A stretch of 64,000 bases of DNA. Source: Candidatus Yanofskybacteria bacterium RIFCSPHIGHO2_01_FULL_41_26 (lineage in GTDB: Bacteria > Patescibacteriota > Minisyncoccia > 2-02-FULL-40-12 > GWA2-44-9). Location: assembly GCA_001794055.1 (NCBI GenBank), contig MGJB01000015.1, positions 4,264 to 68,263 of the forward strand, written 5' to 3'. Shown one piece after another: positions 46,353 to 55,371 of this stretch (the stretch's first letter is position 1; every line of letters begins with the position of its first letter). The translations under genes were made by a program, and so were the position numbers. The notes under the pieces were generated by a model. That model made no database searches and was not told the DNA's origin. It saw nothing but the letters and a program-made list of their open reading frames with translations.

Positions 46353-47270
46353 TCATATCTTCAAGAATCGTCGAATGGCCACGAAACTTGAAGTCACTCC
46401 AATTAGAATTCCGATAAAGAAAATAAGGGGCACAAATTGGAAAATATTGGAAACAAAATAGCTTATTAAACTAACCCCGGGCATTAACCCTTCTACTTTG
46501 GGCGAGATAAAGAAAATGGCGGGATAGAATAACACTGTCACAACTCCTGCCGCCAATACCCCATACATCCCCCCTTCAACAAGGTAAGGCGCTTTGATGT
46601 GCCAATTAGAACCTCCGACCAAGCGCATTATCTCTATTTCCTGTTTTTGGCTGTAAATAGTAAGCCGAATAGTATTGAAGGTCACCAGAATTGCAATCAA
46701 TGCCAAAGCCATGGTTAACAAAAATCCCCAATTTTGGAGTCCGCCGGCAATGACTTGAACTCTTTTAATAACTTGCTCATTTTCATAAAAATTTATCTTA
46801 TCAACTAAACTCCTAAACTTATTTCCCTCAAGAAAAGTGACAATAGAAGCATATTGAGATGAATCACTCGCCTTTACGTTCAAAGATGCCTGCAGAGGAT
46901 TGTCATTCAATTCTGCTAAAGAATCCTGAACTAAAGCATCTCCGGCATGTCTTGCTTTAAATTCGCTCAAGGCCTGATCTTTTGAAACATATTCAACACT
47001 CTTTACAGCACTCACTGCCTGGAGATCCTTTTTAACTTGGTTTATTTCCTGTTCGGATGCATCGTTTTTGAAGTAAACGCTTACATCCACCTTTTCTTCC
47101 AGATTCGATACAACTTGAGAAGTAAGGTAGTTCAAAGACATCAGTCCGGAAAACAAGAACAGCACTAAAACCATAACGCCAGTGGTGCCCATGCTTAAAT
47201 AAGTATTCCTTTTGAAATTGGTCCAGCCTACATTAAAAACTCTTTTTGCTGTTGATTTAAAATCTTCCAT
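46353..47270 (-). CDS. ftsX: Cell division ABC transporter permease FtsX
   Basis: 305 aa; FtsX topology and MRLVGGSNWHIKAPYLVEG motif. Confidence 0.88.
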   Translation of the reverse strand: MEDFKSTAKRVFNVGWTNFKRNTYLSMGTTGVMVLVLFLFSGLMSLNYLTSQVVSNLEEKVDVSVYFKNDASEQEINQVKKDLQAVSAVKSVEYVSKDQALSEFKARHAGDALVQDSLAELNDNPLQASLNVKASDSSQYASIVTFLEGNKFRSLVDKINFYENEQVIKRVQVIAGGLQNWGFLLTMALALIAILVTFNTIRLTIYSQKQEIEIMRLVGGSNWHIKAPYLVEGGMYGVLAAGVVTVLFYPAIFFISPKVEGLMPGVSLISYFVSNIFQFVPLIFFIGILIGVTSSFVAIRRFLKI

Positions 47271-47271
47271 A

Positions 47272-47961
47272 TTAAATTACATATTTACCGTTTTCTACCT
47301 GATCTCTGACTATCTTCCCTTTCTCTATGCTTATAACCCTCCTACCGATAGCGTTTACCACTTCTCTATTGTGAGTAGCTAATATAACGGTCGTACCAAG
47401 TTCATTTATCTTCATCAATAATTTTACCACATCATAAGTATTCACCAAATCCAAATTCCCGGTCGGCTCATCGGCTAATATAATTTTTGGTCGGTGTATC
47501 AAAGCTCTGGCAATCGCTAAACGTTGTTTTTCTCCGCCCGATAATTGATGGGGAAAACTTTTGAGCTTATCCCCCAAACCGACAATTCCCAAAATCTTAG
47601 GGACATCGCTATTTACTTCGTCTTTATCTGCTCCACAAACTTCCATAGCAAAAGCAACATTTTCAAAAGAAGTTTTCGTAGACAAAAGTTTGAAATCTTG
47701 ATATACAGTTCCGATTTTTCTACGAAGCAAAGGAATCGCCTTGGAAGGAATTTCAGACATATTAACGCCGTCTAAAACAATTTCTCCTCGAAACGGCCTT
47801 ATCTCGCGAGTCAAAAGACGAAGTAGGGTTGATTTGCCGGCTCCAGCCGGTCCAATGATAGAAACGAATTCTCCGTCTTTAATATGCAAATTTATTCCGT
47901 TCAGTATCTCTATACTCTCGTCATTATCATAAATTGTAGAAACATCTTTAAATTCTATCAT
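47272..47961 (-). CDS. ftsE: Cell division ATP-binding protein FtsE
   Basis: Walker A GPAGAGKST, ABC signature LSGGEKQR. Confidence 0.92.
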   Translation of the reverse strand: MIEFKDVSTIYDNDESIEILNGINLHIKDGEFVSIIGPAGAGKSTLLRLLTREIRPFRGEIVLDGVNMSEIPSKAIPLLRRKIGTVYQDFKLLSTKTSFENVAFAMEVCGADKDEVNSDVPKILGIVGLGDKLKSFPHQLSGGEKQRLAIARALIHRPKIILADEPTGNLDLVNTYDVVKLLMKINELGTTVILATHNREVVNAIGRRVISIEKGKIVRDQVENGKYVI

Positions 47962-48707
47962 TTGTTTTTGGCTTGAATAAATTTATCCAAGTCGCCATCC
48001 AGTATCTTGTCTGGTTGGGACGATTTGATTCCGGTTCTATGGTCTTTAACCATCTGATATGGATTCAAAACATAAGACCTGATCTGGCTTCCCCATTCTA
48101 TCTCACGCCTTTCTGATTTCAATTCGGAAAGTTCTTCTATTTTGGCTTCTTCCATTTTCTGGGCCAGACGAGAAACAAGCACTTGCATGGCTTTTTCTTT
48201 ATTCTGGCCTTGAGACCTTTCCGACTGAACGGCAACTGCAATTCCAGTAGGGATATGGATTATTCTGACGGCAGTCTCCAGTTTGTTTACATTCTGCCCT
48301 CCTGGCCCCGATGAACGGAAAGTATCTATTCTTAAATCGTTAGGATTTATCTTCATGTCTTTGCTTACTAGCTCCGGTAAAATTTCAACCAAAGCAAACG
48401 AGGTGTGCCGAAGCCCTTTAGCTGAAAACGGCGATATTCTGACAAGTCGATGAACACCCGACTCCCCCTTCAGTGTGTCATATGCATTCTCGCCGATAAT
48501 CTCGCAAACAACGTTTTTAACCCCTTTCTGTTCTCCAAAAGATTGGCTAAGAACCGTAAATCCCCAGCCTTTATTTTGAGCATACCGTTGATACATCCTC
48601 AAAAGCATCGATGCCCAATCCTGGGCATCCACGCCTCCGGCTCCAGAATATACATATAAAAGAGCCTTGTTGTGTTCGTATTTCGACATAACACTCATAA
48701 TCATCAT
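47958..48707 (-). CDS. prfB: Class I release factor, RF2-type, lacking N-terminal domain 1
   Basis: 249 aa; starts at domain-2 motif GAGGVDAQDWASML; SPF codon-recognition motif and GGQ (SSGPGGQNVNK); only ~100 nt upstream with stops in all frames. Confidence 0.8.
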   Translation of the reverse strand: MMIMSVMSKYEHNKALLYVYSGAGGVDAQDWASMLLRMYQRYAQNKGWGFTVLSQSFGEQKGVKNVVCEIIGENAYDTLKGESGVHRLVRISPFSAKGLRHTSFALVEILPELVSKDMKINPNDLRIDTFRSSGPGGQNVNKLETAVRIIHIPTGIAVAVQSERSQGQNKEKAMQVLVSRLAQKMEEAKIEELSELKSERREIEWGSQIRSYVLNPYQMVKDHRTGIKSSQPDKILDGDLDKFIQAKNK

Positions 48708-48808
48708 ACTTCAAAAAAATTTGAATGTGAAGTGATTATGAAACATTGCCCTAATTTCAATTATATGTTTAATTACCACCAAACGAACCTTAACAACAAG
48801 GGTTCCAG

Positions 48809-50446
48809 ATGAGAGCTCTTTTGTGGGCAACGGCAATAGGCCTTGTGATCATATTTTTCTTTGGATCTCAAATCCACTATTTGACCGAATATTTAACGAC
48901 GAATCAATTTGTGATTCTTGTCAGTACCTGGTTTTGGTGGCTTAGTGAGATATCGCTTCAGATATTTTTTGCGGTAGTAGTACTTGTTATAGCCATGGTA
49001 ATTTTTAGGCGTCTAACGCAAAGATCAGAAATGGTTAAAGTTATCCCGAGAAAAAATGCCGACAAAACAAAAACTTCCATTTTTTCTAAAACCAAAGAGA
49101 TTCCTAAGCCGACTGTGCGTTTTAAAGACGTAGCTGGAGTAGACGAAGCAAAAGAAGAACTTATTGAAGTGGTTGAATTTCTTAAGAATCCTCAAAAATT
49201 CGGCCGCTTGGGAGGTAGAATTCCTAAAGGTGTTTTATTGGTCGGCCCTCCGGGCGTAGGCAAAACTCTTCTTGCCAAAGCGGTGGCAGGAGAAGCCGAC
49301 AAACCATTTTATTACTATACGGGCTCTGACTTTGTTGAACAATATGTCGGCGTAGGCGCATCCAGAGCCAGGAGTTTGTTTTTAGAAGCGGAAAAAAATG
49401 CCCCTTGCATTGTTTTTATAGACGAAATCGATGCCCTTGGTAAACGAACTCTATCTGCCTCAACTGGTGGAGACAGAGAATATGATCAAACAATAAATAG
49501 TTTTCTTTCTGAAATGGATGGCTTTGAAGCCAATCGAGGCATAATGATAATTGGAGCGACAAATCGTCAAGATAATTTAGATGATGCCTTTCTAAGGCCT
49601 GGCCGATTTGACCGGATAGTCCAAGTCAATCCTCCAGACATAAAAGGACGCGAAGATATTCTTAAGGTTCATACCCGGCCTCCGGTTATTCTTTCTTCTA
49701 GCGTAAACCTTAAAAATATTGCCAAAATAACTGCCGGTTTTTCCGGAGCCGATCTGGCCAATCTCGTTAACGAAGCGGCAATAAATGCCGTCAAAAAAGA
49801 TAAGAATGCTATTGAAACTAACGATTTCGAAGAAGCAAAAGAGAAAATTAGGTTAGGCAAAGAAAATAAGTCGTTGGCCTCTGTTCTTAGCGAGGAAGAA
49901 AAATGGATCACAGCTGTTCATGAATCTGGCCATGGAATAATTGCATCTGTTTTACCGGGAGCCGACCCTCTATACAAGATCTCCATTATTCCCAGAGGAA
50001 AAGCTCTCGGTATTACCGCTCAAACCCAAGAAAGAGATAAATACAACCTAAAGAAAAGCTATTTGGAAGAGTTGATCTGTATTCTTCTTGGAGGAAGAGC
50101 GGCTGAAGAAATTATACTAGGCGAAAAAGAAATTACTGCCGGCGCTCAAAATGATTTTGAACGCGCAACCGAAATTGCAATTCACATGGTTTGTGAGTTT
50201 GGGATGAGCAAGCTTGGCCCGGTTAATTATAGAGTAGAATTCGGGTTTAACAATTCAGGTATAGTGAGCGAACAAACCAAAAGAGACATCGGCAGCACCA
50301 TTAAAGAAATCCTGGAAAATGCATACCAAAAAGTTAAAGAAATCATTGATAAAAATAAACCAAAAGTTTTAAAAATAGCCAAAGCGCTGATGGAAAAAGA
50401 GACCCTGGAAAGAGAAGAGATAGAAACATTAATCAAAGAGTCCTAA
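48809..50446 (+). CDS. ftsH: ATP-dependent zinc metalloprotease FtsH (short form)
   Basis: 2 N-terminal TM, Walker A GPPGVGKT, HESGH zinc motif. Confidence 0.93.
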   Translation: MRALLWATAIGLVIIFFFGSQIHYLTEYLTTNQFVILVSTWFWWLSEISLQIFFAVVVLVIAMVIFRRLTQRSEMVKVIPRKNADKTKTSIFSKTKEIPKPTVRFKDVAGVDEAKEELIEVVEFLKNPQKFGRLGGRIPKGVLLVGPPGVGKTLLAKAVAGEADKPFYYYTGSDFVEQYVGVGASRARSLFLEAEKNAPCIVFIDEIDALGKRTLSASTGGDREYDQTINSFLSEMDGFEANRGIMIIGATNRQDNLDDAFLRPGRFDRIVQVNPPDIKGREDILKVHTRPPVILSSSVNLKNIAKITAGFSGADLANLVNEAAINAVKKDKNAIETNDFEEAKEKIRLGKENKSLASVLSEEEKWITAVHESGHGIIASVLPGADPLYKISIIPRGKALGITAQTQERDKYNLKKSYLEELICILLGGRAAEEIILGEKEITAGAQNDFERATEIAIHMVCEFGMSKLGPVNYRVEFGFNNSGIVSEQTKRDIGSTIKEILENAYQKVKEIIDKNKPKVLKIAKALMEKETLEREEIETLIKES

Positions 50447-50484
50447 AGGACTCTTTTTATTATTCATCTTGAGTTTAACAAAAT

Positions 50485-50560
50485 TGGAGCCGCCTCCCAG
50501 ATTTGCACTGGGGACCTTCTCGTTACGAGTGAGATGCTCTACTGGCTGAGCTAAGGCGGC
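50485..50560 (-). tRNA. tRNA-Thr (anticodon CGU)
   Basis: Manual fold: acceptor GCCGCCU/AGGCGGC, D arm GCUC/GAGC, anticodon loop CUCGUAA, T arm; one A-C mismatch in anticodon stem; T-loop UGCAAAU atypical. Confidence 0.7.
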
Positions 50561-50623
50561 ATTGATTATATTTAGGTAATTATATCAAAAAATTCTTTTT
50601 TTACAACGCATTTTTTGATATTT

Positions 50624-50660
50624 TGAGCGGGATAGTGGATGACCTTAGAACCTATTGGCA
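50624..50660. repeat. ~36-bp direct repeat, copy 1 (hairpin with conserved loop ttagaacctattggca)
   Basis: gagcgggatagtggatgaccttagaacctattggca vs copy at 50986. Confidence 0.7.
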
Positions 50661-50744
50661 AACCACATCCAAGTTATTTTCTATGCCGATTATGACACCA
50701 GAAAGTGCCAAACTAACCGATAATACAACGAGTGAAAATTAGTT

Positions 50745-50954
50745 TTATAAAGACTCGAGTTTCCCTTTTAGGTCATTAAGTACTCCAATAAGTCTCCGTT
50801 TGACTTCTTCTTGGACATCTCTCGATAACCCTCGGTTTTTTACATAATTAACTAAAGACTCAGGCTGCAAAAAACTTTCTTGAGATCCGACTAGAGATTT
50901 CATAATTTCATCTGCCTCAGATAATTGATGGCTTTCTAAGTTTTCTTTTGTCAT
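50745..50954 (-). CDS. Hypothetical small protein (69 aa) flanked by direct repeats
   Basis: ORF only. Confidence 0.4.
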   Translation of the reverse strand: MTKENLESHQLSEADEIMKSLVGSQESFLQPESLVNYVKNRGLSRDVQEEVKRRLIGVLNDLKGKLESL

Positions 50955-50985
50955 ATTATTAGTATATACTTTCCATCTTATTATA

Positions 50986-51021
50986 TCAAGTCTTGGAGCG
51001 GGATAGTGAATGACGTTAGAA
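50986..51021. repeat. ~36-bp direct repeat, copy 2
   Basis: gagcgggatagtgaatgacgttagaacctattggca; stem covaries (ggatg/catcc vs atgac/gtcat). Confidence 0.7.
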
Positions 51022-51057
51022 CCTATTGGCAGTCATCTAATGATTTGTTTTATATAC

Positions 51058-51450
51058 CTAACTTGCCAGGGAATCAGTGTTAACTATAGCTGGCATTAAG
51101 CCCACCGATATGCCAGTGCTAAACTGAGTAACGGCTGAAGAGACAAAACTGCCTACCACGAGCCTTACTTGCGGTTGTGGTATCGCAACTTCACTAAAAG
51201 CTGTAACTGCTAAATCGGGTTTATCCATAGCCCCAAAAGAAGCTAACTGGTTATTTGCATTCTCCATTATTGGGTTGGTTATGCTATCAACCTGTCCTTT
51301 TCCAAAAATAATCATCCCCACTATTCCTAAAATTTTTCCTACATTTTTTCTATTCATTACACTAAATTTATCATAAAAAAGAGTAAAAATCAATATCGTG
51401 TCCTCGTTTCGGTTCTGATAATCAAATTTTGTCTCATAGTACTCTTGCAC
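51058..51450 (-). CDS. Small hydrophobic protein (130 aa), candidate second effector
   Basis: Hydrophobic segments ILGIVGMIIFG and LVVGSFVSSAVTQFSTGISVGLMPAIV; immediately downstream of cyclase B. Confidence 0.45.
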   Translation of the reverse strand: MQEYYETKFDYQNRNEDTILIFTLFYDKFSVMNRKNVGKILGIVGMIIFGKGQVDSITNPIMENANNQLASFGAMDKPDLAVTAFSEVAIPQPQVRLVVGSFVSSAVTQFSTGISVGLMPAIVNTDSLAS

Positions 51451-51518
51451 AAAAATTTAATGTGGACTGTCAACAATGCATGATGGACAGTTTTTAAGAG
51501 CCCATGCACAACATATTT

Positions 51519-52289
51519 CTATATGGGCAACATAAATTTATTTTTATAGATATTTCTATCTTTCCAAGTAAACTTATTCCACATCGGCATTTTTATAAAA
51601 AAGTTCCCACTTCTAAATTTAATAGATTTATTTATTCTTTTGTAAACTTCTTCGGAAATACAAACCCTCAAGTCTTCTGTTGTATTAGACAAAAATCCTA
51701 AAACCGATGGCTTAGCCAGAGAAGATAGTTTTACTGCATAATTGGTGGCGTTTCCTACCCAGACCAAATCATTGTTATTTTCTCCTCGTATACCACCACG
51801 AACAACCAAAATTTTACCAACATCAACTCCTATTCCAATATCAAAATTCAATCCGAATAGTTTCTTATTTTCTCTAAAATATCCCTGAATTCTTGGCTTT
51901 AGAATTTCTTTTACAAACCAAGACATCTGTAGTCCAGCCCTGACAGCATTTGTGCATTTACTACTACCTATAAAAACTACAAGAACCCCATCTCCATTGA
52001 AACTTCGTAGTTCCCCCCCATTCCCTCTTGCTATTTGAGCAACTCCCCAAAGGAATGATTTATACATTTTTACTGCCGTTTCTCTGCGAAATGCATCAAC
52101 AATTTTAGTGGATTCTTTAATATCTATGAAAAGCATTGCAAGGTCAAGTTCCTTTCCATAATTTCCAAGTTGAATATCATCTATTTCGGGTATAACATAA
52201 CCAGAAGCAATCTCGTATTTATCTGTAAAGCAATTTCTTATCTGCTTTTCTAGTTCTTCCTTAGTAACCATATGAAAAAAAATAAACAA
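51519..52289 (-). CDS. Class III nucleotidyl cyclase (cyclase B), Pycsar PycC-like
   Basis: Cyclase homology domain motifs: LFIDIKEST (metal Asp), RSFNGDGVLVVF (second Asp), DLVWVGNATNYAVKLSS (transition-state Asn). Confidence 0.75.
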   Translation of the reverse strand: MFIFFHMVTKEELEKQIRNCFTDKYEIASGYVIPEIDDIQLGNYGKELDLAMLFIDIKESTKIVDAFRRETAVKMYKSFLWGVAQIARGNGGELRSFNGDGVLVVFIGSSKCTNAVRAGLQMSWFVKEILKPRIQGYFRENKKLFGLNFDIGIGVDVGKILVVRGGIRGENNNDLVWVGNATNYAVKLSSLAKPSVLGFLSNTTEDLRVCISEEVYKRINKSIKFRSGNFFIKMPMWNKFTWKDRNIYKNKFMLPI

Positions 52290-52767
52290 TATAGCCTAAC
52301 AATATCAGGGCGCTTCCTGACATAAACAGAATAACGGCATATTTAAAGCGAGTGTGTTTTTCAGAGGCTATTTTAGAATTAATATAAACCTGGTTCAATA
52401 ATTCGTTCTCGTATTTGTTTTCTGTTAAATCGTCTATCTTTTTCTGATAATCAGACTTAGACATATTATTAATACTGCCGAAATATGTTACAGACAAAGA
52501 TGATTGCGGGGCGTTTAGTTTAGGACTTACGGCCAATATAGACAAAACTATACTTATTAGAAAAAAAATAATCCCAGTCAGGGATATAAAGAAAAGGGAG
52601 AGGTCGCATATTAGATAGGTTTCCTCTATTGCTCTTAAAATATGTGGGGCGATAATAGTTAGTATGATTCCTTGAAATGCCAAAAATATACTAACCTTGT
52701 GGTCTGCCGAATTAATCCATCCCTGTATTCTATTCAGTGTATCTTTTAGAAATTCAGTTTTATTCAT
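52261..52767 (-). CDS. Multi-TM small protein, Pycsar PycTM-like effector candidate
   Basis: 168 aa with 3 hydrophobic helices; translationally coupled (4-nt overlap) to upstream cyclase and overlapping downstream cyclase. Confidence 0.6.
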   Translation of the reverse strand: MNKTEFLKDTLNRIQGWINSADHKVSIFLAFQGIILTIIAPHILRAIEETYLICDLSLFFISLTGIIFFLISIVLSILAVSPKLNAPQSSLSVTYFGSINNMSKSDYQKKIDDLTENKYENELLNQVYINSKIASEKHTRFKYAVILFMSGSALILLGYIVYFFSYGY

Positions 52768-53591
52768 TCATCTAATTTTAATATTTCTTGACAAAAGTTC
52801 TTTCCATGTATCTCGCACCATCTAACAGGAGTCATTCTGTACGCCTTGCTGAAATCAAAATTCTTGTCTTGTTGTACATTCATAGTATCCCAAGCCTTCC
52901 TTTTTACGTCATTAGGACATCCACAAGTATGAAGAACTGATTCAGAGTTATCTTTTAGGAATACATCGAATACCCTTTCCGAAACTATCAAATCATTTTC
53001 TCCTCCGATTGAAGCAAGTTTAGCAGCCATATTAACTGGCTTTCCAGCCCAAACCTCATTGCTTTTATCTGTTTTACCCTCCATTACTCGAATCCCGATT
53101 CGCTTTACCAGGACAGTTTTTCTGTCCATTCCTATATGACAACTTAATTTTTCCATATTTTCTGGCAATACCACTTCGTCAGCCATAACAAAACCTACTA
53201 TGGTTTTGAAGGTAATTGCTGATGCCAAGGCATGATATCCACGGTTACTGTTAAAAAGCCCGAATGCTCCATCGCCTCGCACGTCAATATAAGAGGCTCC
53301 GAATTCATTTAAGACTTTCACAGCAGTACCAGTAAAATATTGGTATATGCTTGCTGTAAATTTATCTTGTTTCTGTGCGCTCAGTTGAGTAGAGTTCTTC
53401 ATGTCTATATAAACACAGACGACATCATTAAGTCTCCACCAAGTATTAGATTCGAGAGGTACAGTGTCAGTTAGAGGAATTCTATCCTTCTGCTCAACCT
53501 GCTCTCCTTGCCTAAACCTTTCTGTGGTCGAATCTATAATATTCAGAACGCTCTCAAGGAATTGATTATTTCTATTTATACTCATGGGCAA
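52764..53591 (-). CDS. Class III nucleotidyl cyclase (cyclase A) with Cys/His-containing C-terminal tail, PycC-like
   Basis: VYIDMKNST, YIDVRGDGAFGLF, EVWAGKPVNMAAKLAS cyclase motifs; C-term HTCGC...WCEIH...FC. Confidence 0.75.
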   Translation of the reverse strand: MPMSINRNNQFLESVLNIIDSTTERFRQGEQVEQKDRIPLTDTVPLESNTWWRLNDVVCVYIDMKNSTQLSAQKQDKFTASIYQYFTGTAVKVLNEFGASYIDVRGDGAFGLFNSNRGYHALASAITFKTIVGFVMADEVVLPENMEKLSCHIGMDRKTVLVKRIGIRVMEGKTDKSNEVWAGKPVNMAAKLASIGGENDLIVSERVFDVFLKDNSESVLHTCGCPNDVKRKAWDTMNVQQDKNFDFSKAYRMTPVRWCEIHGKNFCQEILKLDE

Positions 53592-53678
53592 GAATATAGC
53601 AAAAACTGGCTGAAATAGCCAGTCTTATTATCAGAAATTAAAAAGCGGATTGATATTATCGCACCGCACTTTATTCGA

Positions 53679-53876
53679 CTAAATTTGATAGCCGAATAAT
53701 CTCCAGGTAGTTTCACTATTCGGATGACATTTCATCTGATGCACTTGAATAAGTGACCTTTTGACGTTCAGATGGCAAGACGGACATCTCAAGCAGCAGG
53801 ATTCTCTGGACCTAAAACTATTTGTGTTGTGATTATTACAATCGCATTGATGAGTACAGTCTCGTGAGTGTTTCAT
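53679..53876 (-). CDS. Doubtful Cys/His/Asn-rich small ORF (65 aa)
   Basis: Start abuts stop of upstream ORF; composition unusual; may be non-coding. Confidence 0.2.
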   Translation of the reverse strand: MKHSRDCTHQCDCNNHNTNSFRSRESCCLRCPSCHLNVKRSLIQVHQMKCHPNSETTWRLFGYQI

Positions 53877-54136
53877 TATACCTCCGATTTCATTGAACTT
53901 TCTTTCCAGAGAGATTCTTTTACCACATTTCCTTGTTCGTCTTTGAAAGCCACAAATATTAGTACGCCAGACCTTACACTGGCAACTCCTTGGACAAATT
54001 CAGTGAATACACGTCCATCGGGAAGAGTATGGCTGTAGAGTTGGATAGAAGGATTGGAGTCAGACCTTCCTAAATGATTTCTCTTGCAAGCCTTTGCCAT
54101 AAGTTCACATGCCCAAAGGTTGTGGGACACCATCAT
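53876..54136 (-). CDS. Hypothetical protein (86 aa)
   Basis: Part of 3-4 gene overlapping operon; no domain recognised. Confidence 0.45.
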   Translation of the reverse strand: MMVSHNLWACELMAKACKRNHLGRSDSNPSIQLYSHTLPDGRVFTEFVQGVASVRSGVLIFVAFKDEQGNVVKESLWKESSMKSEV

Positions 54137-54405
54137 GATTGGTGGCTCCTTTTAATATCAATACCAGAAACAACACAAACAGCTTGCATTGCAAATTTTA
54201 CTGGCTCTGGAACTACGAAACCATAGGGTGTAGCGTCCTTTGGCGGTTCGGCAACTTTTTCTATATTTAATCCGCTCCCATAACCTGCATAACTAGCAGT
54301 ACCAGTAATGAGCATTGCCCCATCATTCAGGACAAGACCCATACCGCTGTCGTTATTAAAAACAAACACATCGCCAGGCTTGAAGTTGGTTCTTCTTTTT
54401 GCCAT
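54133..54405 (-). CDS. Hypothetical protein (90 aa)
   Basis: ATGA overlap with neighbours. Confidence 0.45.
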   Translation of the reverse strand: MAKRRTNFKPGDVFVFNNDSGMGLVLNDGAMLITGTASYAGYGSGLNIEKVAEPPKDATPYGFVVPEPVKFAMQAVCVVSGIDIKRSHQS

Positions 54406-54408
54406 TCT

Positions 54409-54810
54409 TTACTCCTTCTCTTCCTCAAGATAGATATCCAGGTGATGTCCTCCAGCACAAAGTTTGATTTTCAGAACCTTGGTCTCTTTTTCAGACCATT
54501 GCACTGTGAGATGAAGTCTTTCGACCCCAGCCTCGGTTATTTTGGCTCTAACTCTTTGACAGAATACCTCTTGGTCAGGAAGTGGCATATGCGCAAATCG
54601 AGAAAAAACTTCCAAGTTATCAAAGAACAGTTCAGTACCCGTATCGACTGACGGAATACGGTAAGGTGGATTGCTTTTCTCTCCAGAGAAAGCCCTAGCC
54701 ATATTCTGTTCTCGCCATCCATCAGGAGATTCATAACCTTCAAAAAGGTCTTTCAAGTTTCCATGAACAGCATCCCTATAAGCAATGACTGGAACAGCGA
54801 CTTTTTGCAC
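54409..54810 (-). CDS. Hypothetical protein (133 aa)
   Basis: First gene of overlapping operon; higher GC than cyclase block. Confidence 0.45.
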   Translation of the reverse strand: MQKVAVPVIAYRDAVHGNLKDLFEGYESPDGWREQNMARAFSGEKSNPPYRIPSVDTGTELFFDNLEVFSRFAHMPLPDQEVFCQRVRAKITEAGVERLHLTVQWSEKETKVLKIKLCAGGHHLDIYLEEEKE

Positions 54811-55017
54811 GTTTTACTCCTTGAATACTGCTACAACATACTACCATAGATTAGAGTTTTTGCAAGTTTGAAAACCGCATTGGTCAATACTTTTTATGGA
54901 AATTACCTGTATTTTTAGTGTAATTTATATGTAAAATCGAGTAATTTGATGTTTAAATAAAGCAATTTCGAGGCATCAGAGAATATTAAGGATATATTAT
55001 AACCAACCATCTGGGCA

Positions 55018-55371
55018 TCAGAAAAAGTTGTTCCAGATTGCTTTGACTATATAAAGTCCAATAAGCAGAGTCGACATCATAAGAAGATAAAGTCCCAAAG
55101 ACAAAACACCTCTTTTATCATCTGCCAGCGTTGCCCCTTGTAATTTTCCAACAATGATAAGGGCTAGACTGACGATTGCCACAATGTATAAAGTAAGACC
55201 TACCTCTGGTGAATACATGTTGCTGTTGCAACTGGAAAAGGGCTTTATGCCTCTAGGAACCATAAAACCCGCTACCAGGTGCAACCTTTCGGTCGCAATA
55301 TGTGGGTTTCCCCACATAACGCAGTGCATGCCCTGATAACGGGATTTATATGCACTGCGATTTGATGCCAT
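55018..55371 (-). CDS. Hypothetical membrane protein (117 aa) flanked by ~30-nt direct repeats
   Basis: Repeats attataaccaa...tctgggcatcagaaaa at 54996-55026 and 55419-55472. Confidence 0.45.
   Translation of the reverse strand: MASNRSAYKSRYQGMHCVMWGNPHIATERLHLVAGFMVPRGIKPFSSCNSNMYSPEVGLTLYIVAIVSLALIIVGKLQGATLADDKRGVLSLGLYLLMMSTLLIGLYIVKAIWNNFF

Noticed and set aside
50624-51021. Integron attC sites for the direct repeats
   Set aside because: The hairpin-forming repeats flanking a cassette are superficially attC-like. The island recombinase is a serine recombinase rather than an IntI tyrosine integrase, and the GTTRRRY core sites are not evident.
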